Source: Candidatus Hadarchaeota archaeon
GTDB taxonomy: Archaea; Hadarchaeota; Hadarchaeia; Hadarchaeales; Hadarchaeaceae
Length of the DNA: 32,000 nt
NCBI GenBank assembly: GCA_964514965.1
Contig: CAZETV010000002.1
Coordinates: forward strand, 213,057 to 245,056
Direction of reading: 5' to 3'
Numbering within the stretch: position 1 is the first letter of the stretch; the number at the start of each line of letters is the position of its first letter. Shown here one piece after another: positions 10,269-18,653 of the stretch. A program made the position numbers and the translations under genes. The notes beneath the pieces are model-generated. The model was not told the origin of the DNA and made no database searches. It was given only the letters and a program-made list of their open reading frames with translations.

Positions 10269-10838
10269 GTGCGCGTTACGGTGATTGACAACATTGATTC
10301 ATTCGTCTATAACCTTGTGCAATACATCGGGGAGCTAGGAGCGGAACTCCGAGTTTTCACGAACGATGTATCACTCCGTAAGATCATCGATGAAAATCCA
10401 GATAAAATTGTCATTTCTCCAGGCCCCAAGACTCCCGAAGTTGCTGGCGTATCAATCGATGTGATTAAGGAATTTAGCGGCAAAGTCCCGATTCTTGGGG
10501 TATGCCTTGGTCACCAAGCGATTGGCTATGCATTTGGAGCAAATATCGTCCCAGCAAAACGATTGATGCACGGCAAAACTTGTTTTATTGAGCACGATGG
10601 TAGTGAACTCTTTAAAGGAGTGCCGAATCCATTTGAGGCAACACGCTATCATTCTCTAGCGGTCGACCGTGCAACGTTACCGTCCTGCTTACGCATAACG
10701 GCTGAAACTTCCGATGAGCATCACGAAATAATGGGAATAAAACACGCGGAACATCCAACTTTTGGGGTACAATTTCACCCGGAGTCGATACTGACCACAC
10801 ATGGGAAGCTCATGATAAAAAATTTCATCAAGCTATGA
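10269..10838 (+). CDS. trpG: Anthranilate synthase component II (class I GATase)
   Basis: GTG start directly after the trpE stop; IDNIDSFVYNLVQYIGELG, SPGPKTP, GVCLGHQAIG, FGVQFHPESILT. Confidence 0.96.
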   Translation: MRVTVIDNIDSFVYNLVQYIGELGAELRVFTNDVSLRKIIDENPDKIVISPGPKTPEVAGVSIDVIKEFSGKVPILGVCLGHQAIGYAFGANIVPAKRLMHGKTCFIEHDGSELFKGVPNPFEATRYHSLAVDRATLPSCLRITAETSDEHHEIMGIKHAEHPTFGVQFHPESILTTHGKLMIKNFIKL

Positions 10839-10891
10839 GATGTATAGTAATGCAAAAAACTCGAACGGAAAATAAGTGGTAGTGTGTTCAG

Positions 10892-11665
10892 ATGTTAACG
10901 AAACGAATCATCCCCTGCCTCGATATGCGCTGGGGGCGTGTTGTCAAGGGTGTCAAGTTCAAGCAACTACGTGATGCGGGCGATCCAGCTGAGCTAGCAC
11001 ATTGGTATGACGAACAAGGCGCCGATGAGGTGGTGTTCTTGGATATCGGAGCATCACCAGAGGGGAGGGAAACTATGTTTGAAGTGGTCAAGCACACAGC
11101 CAAACAACTATTTATCCCACTAACAGTTGGCGGCGGCATTAATTCGCTCGATCATATCAACCGCATGCTCAAGTCAGGGGCGGACAAGGTGGCGATAAAT
11201 ACTGCTGCAGTTGAGAGCCCTGAACTGGTACGTGAGTCGGCGGAGAAGTTTGGGAGCCAGTGCATCGTCATCGCTATAGACGCCAAGAGTATCGGAGAGC
11301 GAAAGTGGGAGGTTTACACTTATGGCGGCCGCAAGCCAACCGGCGTGGATGTATTGGAATGGGCCAGACAAGTCGAGTCATTAGGAGCAGGCGAAATTCT
11401 GCTTACGAGCATGGACGCCGATGGCACGAAAGCCGGTTATGATTTAGAACTCACCAAAACTGTAGCTAACGCGGTTAACATACCAATCATCGCTTCGGGC
11501 GGCGCTGGCAATCCTCAACACATTTGCGAGGTTCTTACGACTACTGGAGCAGACGCTGCTTTAGCCGCTGGCATTTTTCATTTCGGCGCTTATTCTATCG
11601 GCGACGTTAAAAGTTACTTGCGCGAACAAGGCGTTCCTGTGAGGTTGTGGGTGAGGCAAAAATGA
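10892..11665 (+). CDS. hisF: Imidazole glycerol phosphate synthase cyclase subunit
   Basis: [37 protein letters not shown]; full-length TIM barrel. Confidence 0.97.
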   Translation: MLTKRIIPCLDMRWGRVVKGVKFKQLRDAGDPAELAHWYDEQGADEVVFLDIGASPEGRETMFEVVKHTAKQLFIPLTVGGGINSLDHINRMLKSGADKVAINTAAVESPELVRESAEKFGSQCIVIAIDAKSIGERKWEVYTYGGRKPTGVDVLEWARQVESLGAGEILLTSMDADGTKAGYDLELTKTVANAVNIPIIASGGAGNPQHICEVLTTTGADAALAAGIFHFGAYSIGDVKSYLREQGVPVRLWVRQK

Positions 11666-12267
11666 CCCGAATAGCAATCGTTGACTATGGTGTCGGCAAT
11701 CTGCATAGCATCCGGCGTGGCCTCGACCTAGCTGGTGCTCAAACCAAAATCACAAATGAACCCGATGAAATCGCTGCAGCTGATGCCATCGTGCTCCCAG
11801 GAGTCGGGGCATTCAAGAGTGCAATGCAGGAGCTTGGGGCTAATCTCGATATCATCAAACAAGCTACTTCTGCAGGCAAGCCTTTATTGGGTATTTGTTT
11901 GGGCATGCAACTATTGCTGGCTCGGAGTGAGGAAGGCGGCAACACAGAGGGCTTAGGACTCATTCCCGGCAAGGTGGTCAAGCTACCGCGTACTCAAAAG
12001 GTGCCGCATATGGGCTGGAATTCTTTAGAAGTTAAACGCGAACACCCATTCTTGGTGGACGTTCAATCTGGCGCCCAAATTTACTTTGTGCATTCCTATC
12101 TCGTGCAGCCTGAAGACGAAAAATCTGTTATCGCGACTAGCACTTACGGTATCGAATTCCCCGCTATTGTGGCACAGGGCACAGTGATTGGGACACAGTT
12201 TCACCCAGAAAAAAGCGGAAGGGTCGGATTACAAATGCTTAAAAATTTTGTTATGATGGTAGAATAA
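11662..12267 (+). CDS. hisH: Imidazole glycerol phosphate synthase glutaminase subunit
   Basis: [44 protein letters not shown]; ATGA overlap with hisF. Confidence 0.97.
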   Translation: MTRIAIVDYGVGNLHSIRRGLDLAGAQTKITNEPDEIAAADAIVLPGVGAFKSAMQELGANLDIIKQATSAGKPLLGICLGMQLLLARSEEGGNTEGLGLIPGKVVKLPRTQKVPHMGWNSLEVKREHPFLVDVQSGAQIYFVHSYLVQPEDEKSVIATSTYGIEFPAIVAQGTVIGTQFHPEKSGRVGLQMLKNFVMMVE

Positions 12268-12291
12268 AGGGCAGCCACCCAAAATGAGGAT

Positions 12292-13842
12292 ATGTTTATG
12301 AAAACCGATGCAATCATTGTAGTTGATTTTGGCGGGCAATATTGTCACCTGATAGGAAGAAGGGTTAGGGAGTACAAAGTTTACTCCGAAGTAGTGCCAT
12401 ATGATGTAACCCCCGAAGAAATCAAAGCACTCAACAAAAAGTTCAATGTTAAGGGGATAATCCTATCTGGCGGACCGTCTAGCATTCACGAAGAAAACGC
12501 TCCTAAATGTAGTCGAGAAATTTTAGAATTGAACATTCCAATCTTAGGTTTATGTTACGGACACCAGCTCATCGCTCATTTTTCTGGGGGGGAAGTAAAA
12601 AGAGCGGACAAGAGGGAGTATGGAATAACAATTGTTATAATCGATAAGCCAATTGGAGTCCTAAAGGGATTAGATGATAAAGAAAAAGTCTGGATGAGCC
12701 ACGGTGATACTGTTTACACGCTTTCACAAGAATACGATATCCTCGCACACACTGAAAATTGTCCTGTAGCTGCATTCAAGCATAAGGAGGAGCCCATTTA
12801 CGGTCTACAGTGGCATCCCGAAGTTATCCATACTGAGAAAGGAGGAAAAATGCTAGAAAATTTCATCTTCGAAATCTGCAAATGCCAAGCGAATTGGAAG
12901 ATGGAAGATTTCGTGAAAAAATCCATCCAAGAAATAAAACAGGTAACAGGTAATAAAAAAGCTATAATCGCTTTAAGCGGGGGTATCGACTCTAGCACGG
13001 CTACAGTATTGGCCGCAAAAGCCATGGGGAAGAACTTAACTGCAGTCTTCGTTGATCACGGATTCATGAGGGAGGGGGAACCTGAATTTATCAAAGATAC
13101 ATTTGAAAAATTTGATTTCAACTTCATTGCGGTGGATGCACGGGAAAGGTTCCTGCGAAGATTAAAAGGGATAATAGACCCCGAGCGGAAAAGGAAGATA
13201 ATTGGAGAAGAATTCATCAAGGTTTTCGAGGAAGTCGCAAGAGAAGTTGGAGCGGAGTACCTTTTGCAAGGAACGATTTATCCGGATAGAATCGAATCAG
13301 GTTTTAGGAAGTATTCCGACAAAATAAAAACCCACCATAACGTTGCGGGCTTACCAACCAAAATTGAATTTCTTGGAGTAGTCGAACCGTTAAGGAACCT
13401 GTATAAAGATGAAGTAAGGAAGGTTGCAAAAAAGTTGAGATTACCAAACGAAATTATCTGGAGACAACCCTTTCCCGGCCCAGGTTTATCCGTGAGAATA
13501 ATTAATGAGGTAACTCCTGAGAAAATCGAAATAATTAAAAAAGCTGACAAAATAGCGACCGAGGAGATAGAGGAAAGCGGATTGAAAGAGGATTTATGGC
13601 AATATTTCGCTGTTTTGACTGACACCAAAAGTACCGGGGTGAAAGGCGATTCAAGAGCGTATGGTTACACGGTCGCTATCAGAGCCGTTAAAAGTAAAGA
13701 AGCTATGACCGCTAACTTTGCAAAAATCCCTTATGATGTGTTGGAGCGGATTTCTACGAAAATAACAAATGAGATACCAGAAGTTACAAGAGTTGTATAT
13801 GATGTCACCCACAAACCACCGGCAACAATTGAATGGGAGTGA
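12292..13842 (+). CDS. guaA: GMP synthase (glutamine-hydrolysing), fused GATase + ATP-pyrophosphatase
   Basis: DFGGQYCHLIGRRVRE, LGLCYGHQLIAHFSGG, LQWHPEV, then ALSGGIDSSTA, KTHHNVAGLP, RQPFPGPGLSVRI, TNEIPEVTRVVYDVTHKPPATIEWE. Confidence 0.97.
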   Translation: MFMKTDAIIVVDFGGQYCHLIGRRVREYKVYSEVVPYDVTPEEIKALNKKFNVKGIILSGGPSSIHEENAPKCSREILELNIPILGLCYGHQLIAHFSGGEVKRADKREYGITIVIIDKPIGVLKGLDDKEKVWMSHGDTVYTLSQEYDILAHTENCPVAAFKHKEEPIYGLQWHPEVIHTEKGGKMLENFIFEICKCQANWKMEDFVKKSIQEIKQVTGNKKAIIALSGGIDSSTATVLAAKAMGKNLTAVFVDHGFMREGEPEFIKDTFEKFDFNFIAVDARERFLRRLKGIIDPERKRKIIGEEFIKVFEEVAREVGAEYLLQGTIYPDRIESGFRKYSDKIKTHHNVAGLPTKIEFLGVVEPLRNLYKDEVRKVAKKLRLPNEIIWRQPFPGPGLSVRIINEVTPEKIEIIKKADKIATEEIEESGLKEDLWQYFAVLTDTKSTGVKGDSRAYGYTVAIRAVKSKEAMTANFAKIPYDVLERISTKITNEIPEVTRVVYDVTHKPPATIEWE

Positions 13843-13939
13843 CAAATTGAACTTTTAGCCACGAAGCTGAAGATTCAATATGGGAAAATTAAATGAGGTC
13901 AATGTTACATATGTTTAAACAATTTTTGGGGGAGAACAC

Positions 13940-14941
13940 ATGATAAGCGAAGAGAAAGTTCAGAGGCTAGTGTTTGAGATTTTACGAATCCTTAAAGAAA
14001 AAGAACATGATGGGCCAGTGGGCGCACGGACGATAGCCAGGGAGCTAGGTAAAAGAGGATTTAAAATAGGAGAAAGAACAGTACGTTATCACCTAAGACT
14101 ACTCGATGCAAAAGGATTTACCAAAAAGATAGGTTCACTAGAAGGGAGGCTCCTCACAGAAGAGGGTAAAGAAGAGATAAAACACACTCTTGTTGGTAAA
14201 CGCGTTGGTTTCGTTATTGGAAAAATTGAGGAACTCATCTACAGAATGAGTTACAACCTCAAAAGTGAGAGAGGCACCATAATCGTTAACATTTCTTTAC
14301 TGGATGCGAGGGAACTTAAAAAAGCGCTTGCTATAATGAAAAAAGTTATCGGTGCAGGGTATGCCTCTAGCCCTTTAATTAAAGTAGCTCATGAAGGGGA
14401 GAACATAGCGGAGGTTAGCGTGCCTAAGGGAAAGATTGGCATAGCCACTATGTGTAGCATTACTATTGACGGGTTGTTGACGAAGGCAGGCGTTCCTGTA
14501 TCCCCAAAATTTGGTGGAGTTTTAGAAATCGAAAATCGAGAACCAAAAAGATTTACCGATGTTATAACCTATCAGGGGTCTTCGTTGGACCCTCTTGAGG
14601 TTTTTGCGTCCAGAAAGATGACCTCATACTTAAATGTGGTAAAAATGGGGTCTGGTAGAATACTCGCTAATCTTAGGGAAATTCCCATGCTCGCGAGAGA
14701 TTCTGCCCAAGATATCATAAACCAAGCTAAAAGGAATGGATTAAATGGTGTTTTGGTTATGGGCGCCCCAGGTGAATCTTTGTATGGGCTCCCCGTTGAT
14801 GTGAACCGAGTGGGCATAGTAATCTTAGGTGGAATTAATCCAATGACAGCGGTTGAAGAAAGTGGCATCGCAATTGAAACAAAACCTATGGAAACGACAT
14901 TAGATATTGCAGAAATGCAGCTTATTCAAAAATGGATGTAA
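13940..14941 (+). CDS. nrpR: NrpR-like nitrogen regulator, copy 2
   Basis: HTH (ARELGKRGFKIGERTVRYHLRLLDAKGFTKK) plus NrpR domain alignable along its length to copy 1. GGGGGAG Shine-Dalgarno-like run upstream. Confidence 0.85.
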   Translation: MISEEKVQRLVFEILRILKEKEHDGPVGARTIARELGKRGFKIGERTVRYHLRLLDAKGFTKKIGSLEGRLLTEEGKEEIKHTLVGKRVGFVIGKIEELIYRMSYNLKSERGTIIVNISLLDARELKKALAIMKKVIGAGYASSPLIKVAHEGENIAEVSVPKGKIGIATMCSITIDGLLTKAGVPVSPKFGGVLEIENREPKRFTDVITYQGSSLDPLEVFASRKMTSYLNVVKMGSGRILANLREIPMLARDSAQDIINQAKRNGLNGVLVMGAPGESLYGLPVDVNRVGIVILGGINPMTAVEESGIAIETKPMETTLDIAEMQLIQKWM

Positions 14942-14968
14942 GGACCAATCATTTTTAATCTATAGTAG

Positions 14969-15053
14969 TGCGGGGGACAGGATTCGAACCTGCGAACCCC
15001 TTCGGGATGAGGTCCTAAACCTCACGCCTTTGACCTGACTTGGCTACCCCCGC
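14969..15053 (-). tRNA. tRNA-Leu(TAG), no intron
   Basis: Minus strand GCGGGGG TA GCCA...TGAGG-TTTAGGA-CCTCA, CCCGAAGGG variable arm, GGTTCGAATCC, CCCCCGC A. Confidence 0.95.
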
Positions 15054-15083
15054 CCAATTCAGATTTCATCTCAGAAGATAAAA

Positions 15084-15296
15084 CTACCACATTCGACCCG
15101 GTTTATCTCTGCCTAGAGCCTCGCGCTGGGCCATCCGCTCGAAGCGTGCCTGTTTTTTTGCCTGTTTGTAGCAGCCCTTACAATAGGACTTACCCATCGT
15201 TCGCTTAGCGCATGCGCGGTGGAGCTCGACATTGCAGCTCAAGCACTTAACAATCGGCGGCTCAAGAGGTTTGTCACAGATTGGGCAGTTGGGCAT
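15084..15296 (-). CDS. Small zinc-ribbon/RING-like Cys-rich protein
   Basis: 70 aa MPNCPICDKPLEPPIVKCLSCNVELHRACAKRTMGKSYCKGCYKQ..., paired CxxC motifs. Confidence 0.7.
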   Translation of the reverse strand: MPNCPICDKPLEPPIVKCLSCNVELHRACAKRTMGKSYCKGCYKQAKKQARFERMAQREALGRDKPGRMW

Positions 15297-15376
15297 GTGG
15301 TCACCAGCTAAACTGCATTAACAATATCTGGAATTAAGTAATTAAAGTATCGAGCTCCGGCGATGTTTAAGTCCGA

Positions 15377-15541
15377 CTACAATCCAGCTTCTCGCTTAAA
15401 TTCGGGTCTTGTTCTATAAAACGCCATGAATGAGGATAAAAGAGTTATCAGGCTACTGACGAACAGTATCCACAGGCCCCAACGACTTCCTCCTCTTGCA
15501 AGATTTTCTATACTGTAGAAAAAAATAGAATCACCCCACAA
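15377..15541 (-). CDS. Possible small membrane protein (single predicted TM segment)
   Basis: Minus-strand translation ...IENLARGGSRWGLWILFVSSLITLLSSFMAFYRTRPEFKREAGL*; candidate TTG start at 15541. Below the ORF-track length limit. Confidence 0.35.
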   Translation of the reverse strand: MWGDSIFFYSIENLARGGSRWGLWILFVSSLITLLSSFMAFYRTRPEFKREAGL

Positions 15542-15697
15542 ACAATAGAGACACTGAAAATGCTTTTTCTAGGAATGGACTATCTGACCACTTATAAACT
15601 CACTCAACCGTGCCAAGCGGCCCCTGGCAAAACTCGGGCTTGACTTCATCACTTGCCACAACCCTCACTCTGCTCACTTGTAGCCGATTAAAAATAT

Positions 15698-16273
15698 TTA
15701 GTCGGAACTCGGTTCCAACAAATCCTTGCTCAAAATCGCGAAGGTGTCGCCACCAACCTGATAGAAGTTCCGGACTTTTTCAACATTCATAAATCTACCG
15801 TCAAATGCGCCCTCGTTCGCGTACGCTGCGACCACCTCTCCCACGAATAGGGTATGATCTCCCGTGGTAATCTGGTTCACAAGCTTGCACTCGAGATGGG
15901 CAACGCATTCTTCGACGATCGGAGATTTAACGACTTTTGCGGGCTTGGCAGTCAAACCAATCTCGGAGAACTTGTCATGCTCGCGCCCAGAGGCTCTGCC
16001 GCACTTGATTGCTTTGTCGAGGATTTCAACTGCGGGGATATTTATTACGAATTCTTTGGCGCGCGCGATTAGCCCATGTGAGTATCGGCGAGGGGCAACG
16101 AGAACCCCAACAAGCGGCGGGTTCGCGGAGAGTGGCGCGGCCCAAGCGATTGTAATTAAATTAGGCTTTCCAGTCGTAGGGTCGACACAACTGACAAGGA
16201 CGACCAGCCTCGGGTAAAGTAATCTATACGCTTTTTGGCTTGGCACTTCTATTTTTTCCATCCCAATCACCAT
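15698..16273 (-). CDS. Flavin reductase-like / DIM6-NTAB family FMN-binding protein
   Basis: True protein is MVIGMEKIEVPSQKAYRLLYPRLVVLVSCVDPTTGKPNLITIAWAAPLSANPPLVGVLVAPRRYSHGLI...; the ORF track extends it into the upstream tRNA gene. Confidence 0.85.
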   Translation of the reverse strand: MVIGMEKIEVPSQKAYRLLYPRLVVLVSCVDPTTGKPNLITIAWAAPLSANPPLVGVLVAPRRYSHGLIARAKEFVINIPAVEILDKAIKCGRASGREHDKFSEIGLTAKPAKVVKSPIVEECVAHLECKLVNQITTGDHTLFVGEVVAAYANEGAFDGRFMNVEKVRNFYQVGGDTFAILSKDLLEPSSD

Positions 16274-16275
16274 GG

Positions 16276-16386
16276 TGCCCCGGGCGGGATTCGAACCCGC
16301 GTCACAGCCTTTCTTCGTTAGCAACTCGAAAGGGCTGTATGATTTCGGCGGAGATTTACTCCTTGACCGGCCTACACCACCGGGGC
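16276..16386 (-). tRNA. tRNA-Glu(TTC) with two introns (20 nt D-loop; 16 nt at 37/38); encoded CCA at 16273-16275
   Basis: Exons assemble to a 75-nt tRNA: GCCCCGG TG GTGT AGGCCGGTCAA TCAT A CAGCC CTTTCGA GGCTG TGAC GCGGG TTCGAAT CCCGC CCGGGGC A. Both introns fold as BHB motifs. Confidence 0.9.
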
Positions 16387-16634
16387 CCAATACCGTTTAT
16401 GTTTTAAATTATTAAACTCGACTTCTTTGGAACATTTCTCGACCACAAATTTTTTTACTAAGTCGGTGGGGCACCATTATCTGTTCATTTGACAAATCTG
16501 AAATCTATTCAAATGGTGGGCCCGAAGGGGTTTATACTTTTCTAGGTGTGAGTCCATCCGATTTCACCCAAAAAAATTTCCTTCATTGTATAGCACCTGA
16601 ACCAAGGGCCCCGTCTTAATAAAAATCGCGCCTA

Positions 16635-16856
16635 GGCCTCCGGGACGGGAGCGCCTACTCGGAGAACTACACCTACGACGACGCCAACCAGCTCCTAGAG
16701 ATCGTGGCCTCGAACAACAGCGTCACCACCCTGAGACTTATGACAACAACGGCGGCATGACCGGCATGGTGACCACGGTCGGGGGAACCGTCACCGACAA
16801 CATGGCCTACTTCTACGACTACGACGGCAGGCTGGTGCGGGTGGAGAACTTAGATT
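16635..16856 (+). pseudogene. RHS/YD-repeat protein fragment (frame-disrupted)
   Basis: Frames read YSENYTYDDANQLLEIVASNNSVTT / YDNNGGMTGMVTTVGGTVTDNMAYFYDYDGRLVRVEN with a frameshift near 16725. Confidence 0.75.
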
Positions 16857-16876
16857 TAATCGACTCCCCCCCTGAT

Positions 16877-17143
16877 TTATTTTCCCTTGTACGCCCCACG
16901 CCTGTGTCTGACGTATTGAATTTCAACCGACGCCTCACTTACTATTCTGTAAATAATCCGATAATCCCCAGCTCGTAATTTCCAGTACCCCTCCCATCCG
17001 CCGTGGAGCTTGTCGCCCGCCCTGACATCGTCAAACAATTCGTCCATCGCCAGCTCTATCCGCCGTTGCACATCCGTCGGGAGCTTTCTTATGTCCCGCA
17101 TCGCCCTTCGGGTAAAAGAAATTTCAACCATGTTGACGCCCAT
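16877..17143 (-). CDS. RelE/ParE-family toxin
   Basis: VEISFTRRAMRDIRKLPTDVQRRIELAMDEL...KLHGGWEGYWKLRAGDYRIIYRIV...EIQYVRHRRGAYK. Confidence 0.9.
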   Translation of the reverse strand: MGVNMVEISFTRRAMRDIRKLPTDVQRRIELAMDELFDDVRAGDKLHGGWEGYWKLRAGDYRIIYRIVSEASVEIQYVRHRRGAYKGK

Positions 17144-17169
17144 CGTTTAAAACGATTCAGTACCAGCTC

Positions 17170-17478
17170 TCACTTATTTTTTACACTCAAGCGCGGGGGC
17201 TGACGCCCGAAGACTTCCTCGTAGGTATAAATCCTTCCGGCCGCAGAGTCCTCTTGGGCCTCTCTAAGCGCGCGCAGAGCACGAGGGTCTGCCATCTCCT
17301 CAAGGGTCGCCATTATGCTGTTGTATTCCTTAGCCCCAATAACCACAGCGACGGGCTTCCCCTTTCTGCTCACGACAATCTGTTTCCCCGCCTCGGCATC
17401 GCGAAGCAAGCGGGGCAACTTTCGGTTCGCTTCCCTCACTCCTACAACCCGTCCAACCATCTGGATCACCAGTAACAA
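17170..17478 (-). CDS. Phd/YefM-family antitoxin
   Basis: VVGVREANRKLPRLLRDAEAGKQIVVSRKGKPVAVVIGAKEYNSI; directly upstream of the toxin on the same strand. Confidence 0.88.
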   Translation of the reverse strand: MLLVIQMVGRVVGVREANRKLPRLLRDAEAGKQIVVSRKGKPVAVVIGAKEYNSIMATLEEMADPRALRALREAQEDSAAGRIYTYEEVFGRQPPRLSVKNK

Positions 17479-17535
17479 TCGCCGTTATCATACTTATAGG
17501 TTTGTATCTTTGTCAATACAAATGTATGTACTAAG

Positions 17536-17814
17536 TGTGAGGTTGCCAAGGAGAACATGGCCTACTTCTACGACTACGACGGCATGCTGGTCCGGGTGGA
17601 GAACTCGGCGACCTGGCCCAAGCTGGTCGTGGAGTACGGCTACGACCCGCTGGGCAACCGCGTCCTGCGGCGTGAATATCGTCTCTACGAAAACGGCGAC
17701 AGGACCGGAGAGAACGACCTCTACTACGTCGACGACTTGGCCGGCTCTTTGACCCAGGTGCTCCAGGCGTCCGACAACGCGGGGCGCTGTCCTCTGCGTA
17801 TAAGGAATCCATGA
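17536..17814 (+). pseudogene. RHS/YD-repeat protein fragment
   Basis: ENMAYFYDYDGMLVRVENSATWPKLVVEYGYDPLGNRVLRREYRLYENGDRTGENDLYYVDDLAGSLTQVLQ; no full-length gene around it. Confidence 0.8.
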
Positions 17815-17880
17815 AACGCGAGATCGTGAAAGAGCTTTCTATTGGGTCCGAAAATGACGAAATATTCTTACCTGGGCAGG

Positions 17881-17896
17881 TGGGCCCGAAGGGATT
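17881..17896 (-). repeat. tRNA 3'-end-like fragment (TGGGCCCGAAGGGATT on plus), matching the tRNA(CAT) 3' terminus at 26518
   Basis: 16-nt identity to 26518..26533; minus strand reads GGTTGGCGGGTTAAATCCCTTCGGGCCCACC. Confidence 0.55.
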
Positions 17897-18252
17897 TAAC
17901 CCGCCAACCACGAACTTCTAGACCCAACTCAGAACCGCCTTGGAACCGACGCAATAAGCGAAAACGCTTTCGGGGGCCCACGCTATGACCTCCCTGTGCG
18001 CCATGAACTGCCAATTTTTATTTATGAAACGTGGGGGATGAAGCTGGGGGCCGGATTATGCACCGTGGGTTTGGGTTCGATGGCTCAAGTGCGTTGGCGA
18101 GGCGCCGCACGGACTGCTCGCTGGGGAGGTTGAAAGAAATATACGAGAAGGCGGGGTTGAGGATGCTTTCCTAAGATTTAGACCTCATGCGCAGCAATTG
18201 GTAAAATATCTGCACCTGTGTTGAGTAAAAAAATAAAAAGGGACGGAAAGAA

Positions 18253-18537
18253 TTACTTCTTTCCGAGCACTATTTCAATTGTTGAGACGTTTGTTGCACC
18301 GCGTTCTCCTTGCATGGACTCGGTTCCTATCAAAATGTTCTTCACTATCATGTTTTGCAGGAATCTGTTTTTGGTGATCTCCGCAACGTCGACCGCTCTG
18401 CTAATCGCTTTGCCTCGTGCCTTGAGGGTGACGTCGCCGACACCCTGGTTGGCCTGCGTTATCACTGCAAGGACGTAGTTCATCACTAGTTTTATTCCAA
18501 TAAAAACCACGTTTCCAGCGGCTCTTTGTTCTGCCAT
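18253..18537 (-). CDS. albA: DNA/RNA-binding chromatin protein Alba
   Basis: 94 aa [67 protein letters not shown]...[12 protein letters not shown]. Confidence 0.95.
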   Translation of the reverse strand: MAEQRAAGNVVFIGIKLVMNYVLAVITQANQGVGDVTLKARGKAISRAVDVAEITKNRFLQNMIVKNILIGTESMQGERGATNVSTIEIVLGKK

Positions 18538-18653
18538 AGTTTCTTACCTCCCCACGATTTGTCCAAATATTCTATGATTTCTAATCCTAAATTTTTTGGG
18601 GTTAATCCCTTGGCGAGGAACTACTTTATAACCTGACGAAGAAACCATGAGAA

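Noticed and set aside
15698-16390. 230-aa ORF with N-terminal MGPGGVGRSRSKSPPKS...
   Set aside because: The first about 39 residues are translation of the intron-containing tRNA-Glu; the real flavin reductase starts at 16273 or 16261.
16472-16518. Overlapping inverted repeats CACCATT/AATGGTG and CATTTGA/TCAAATG next to the tRNA-like fragment
   Set aside because: Seven-base arms in AT-rich DNA with mutually exclusive pairing; too weak to call an RNA or att structure.
18218-18478. Plus-strand 86-aa ORF
   Set aside because: Antisense to a clear alba gene; spurious shadow ORF.
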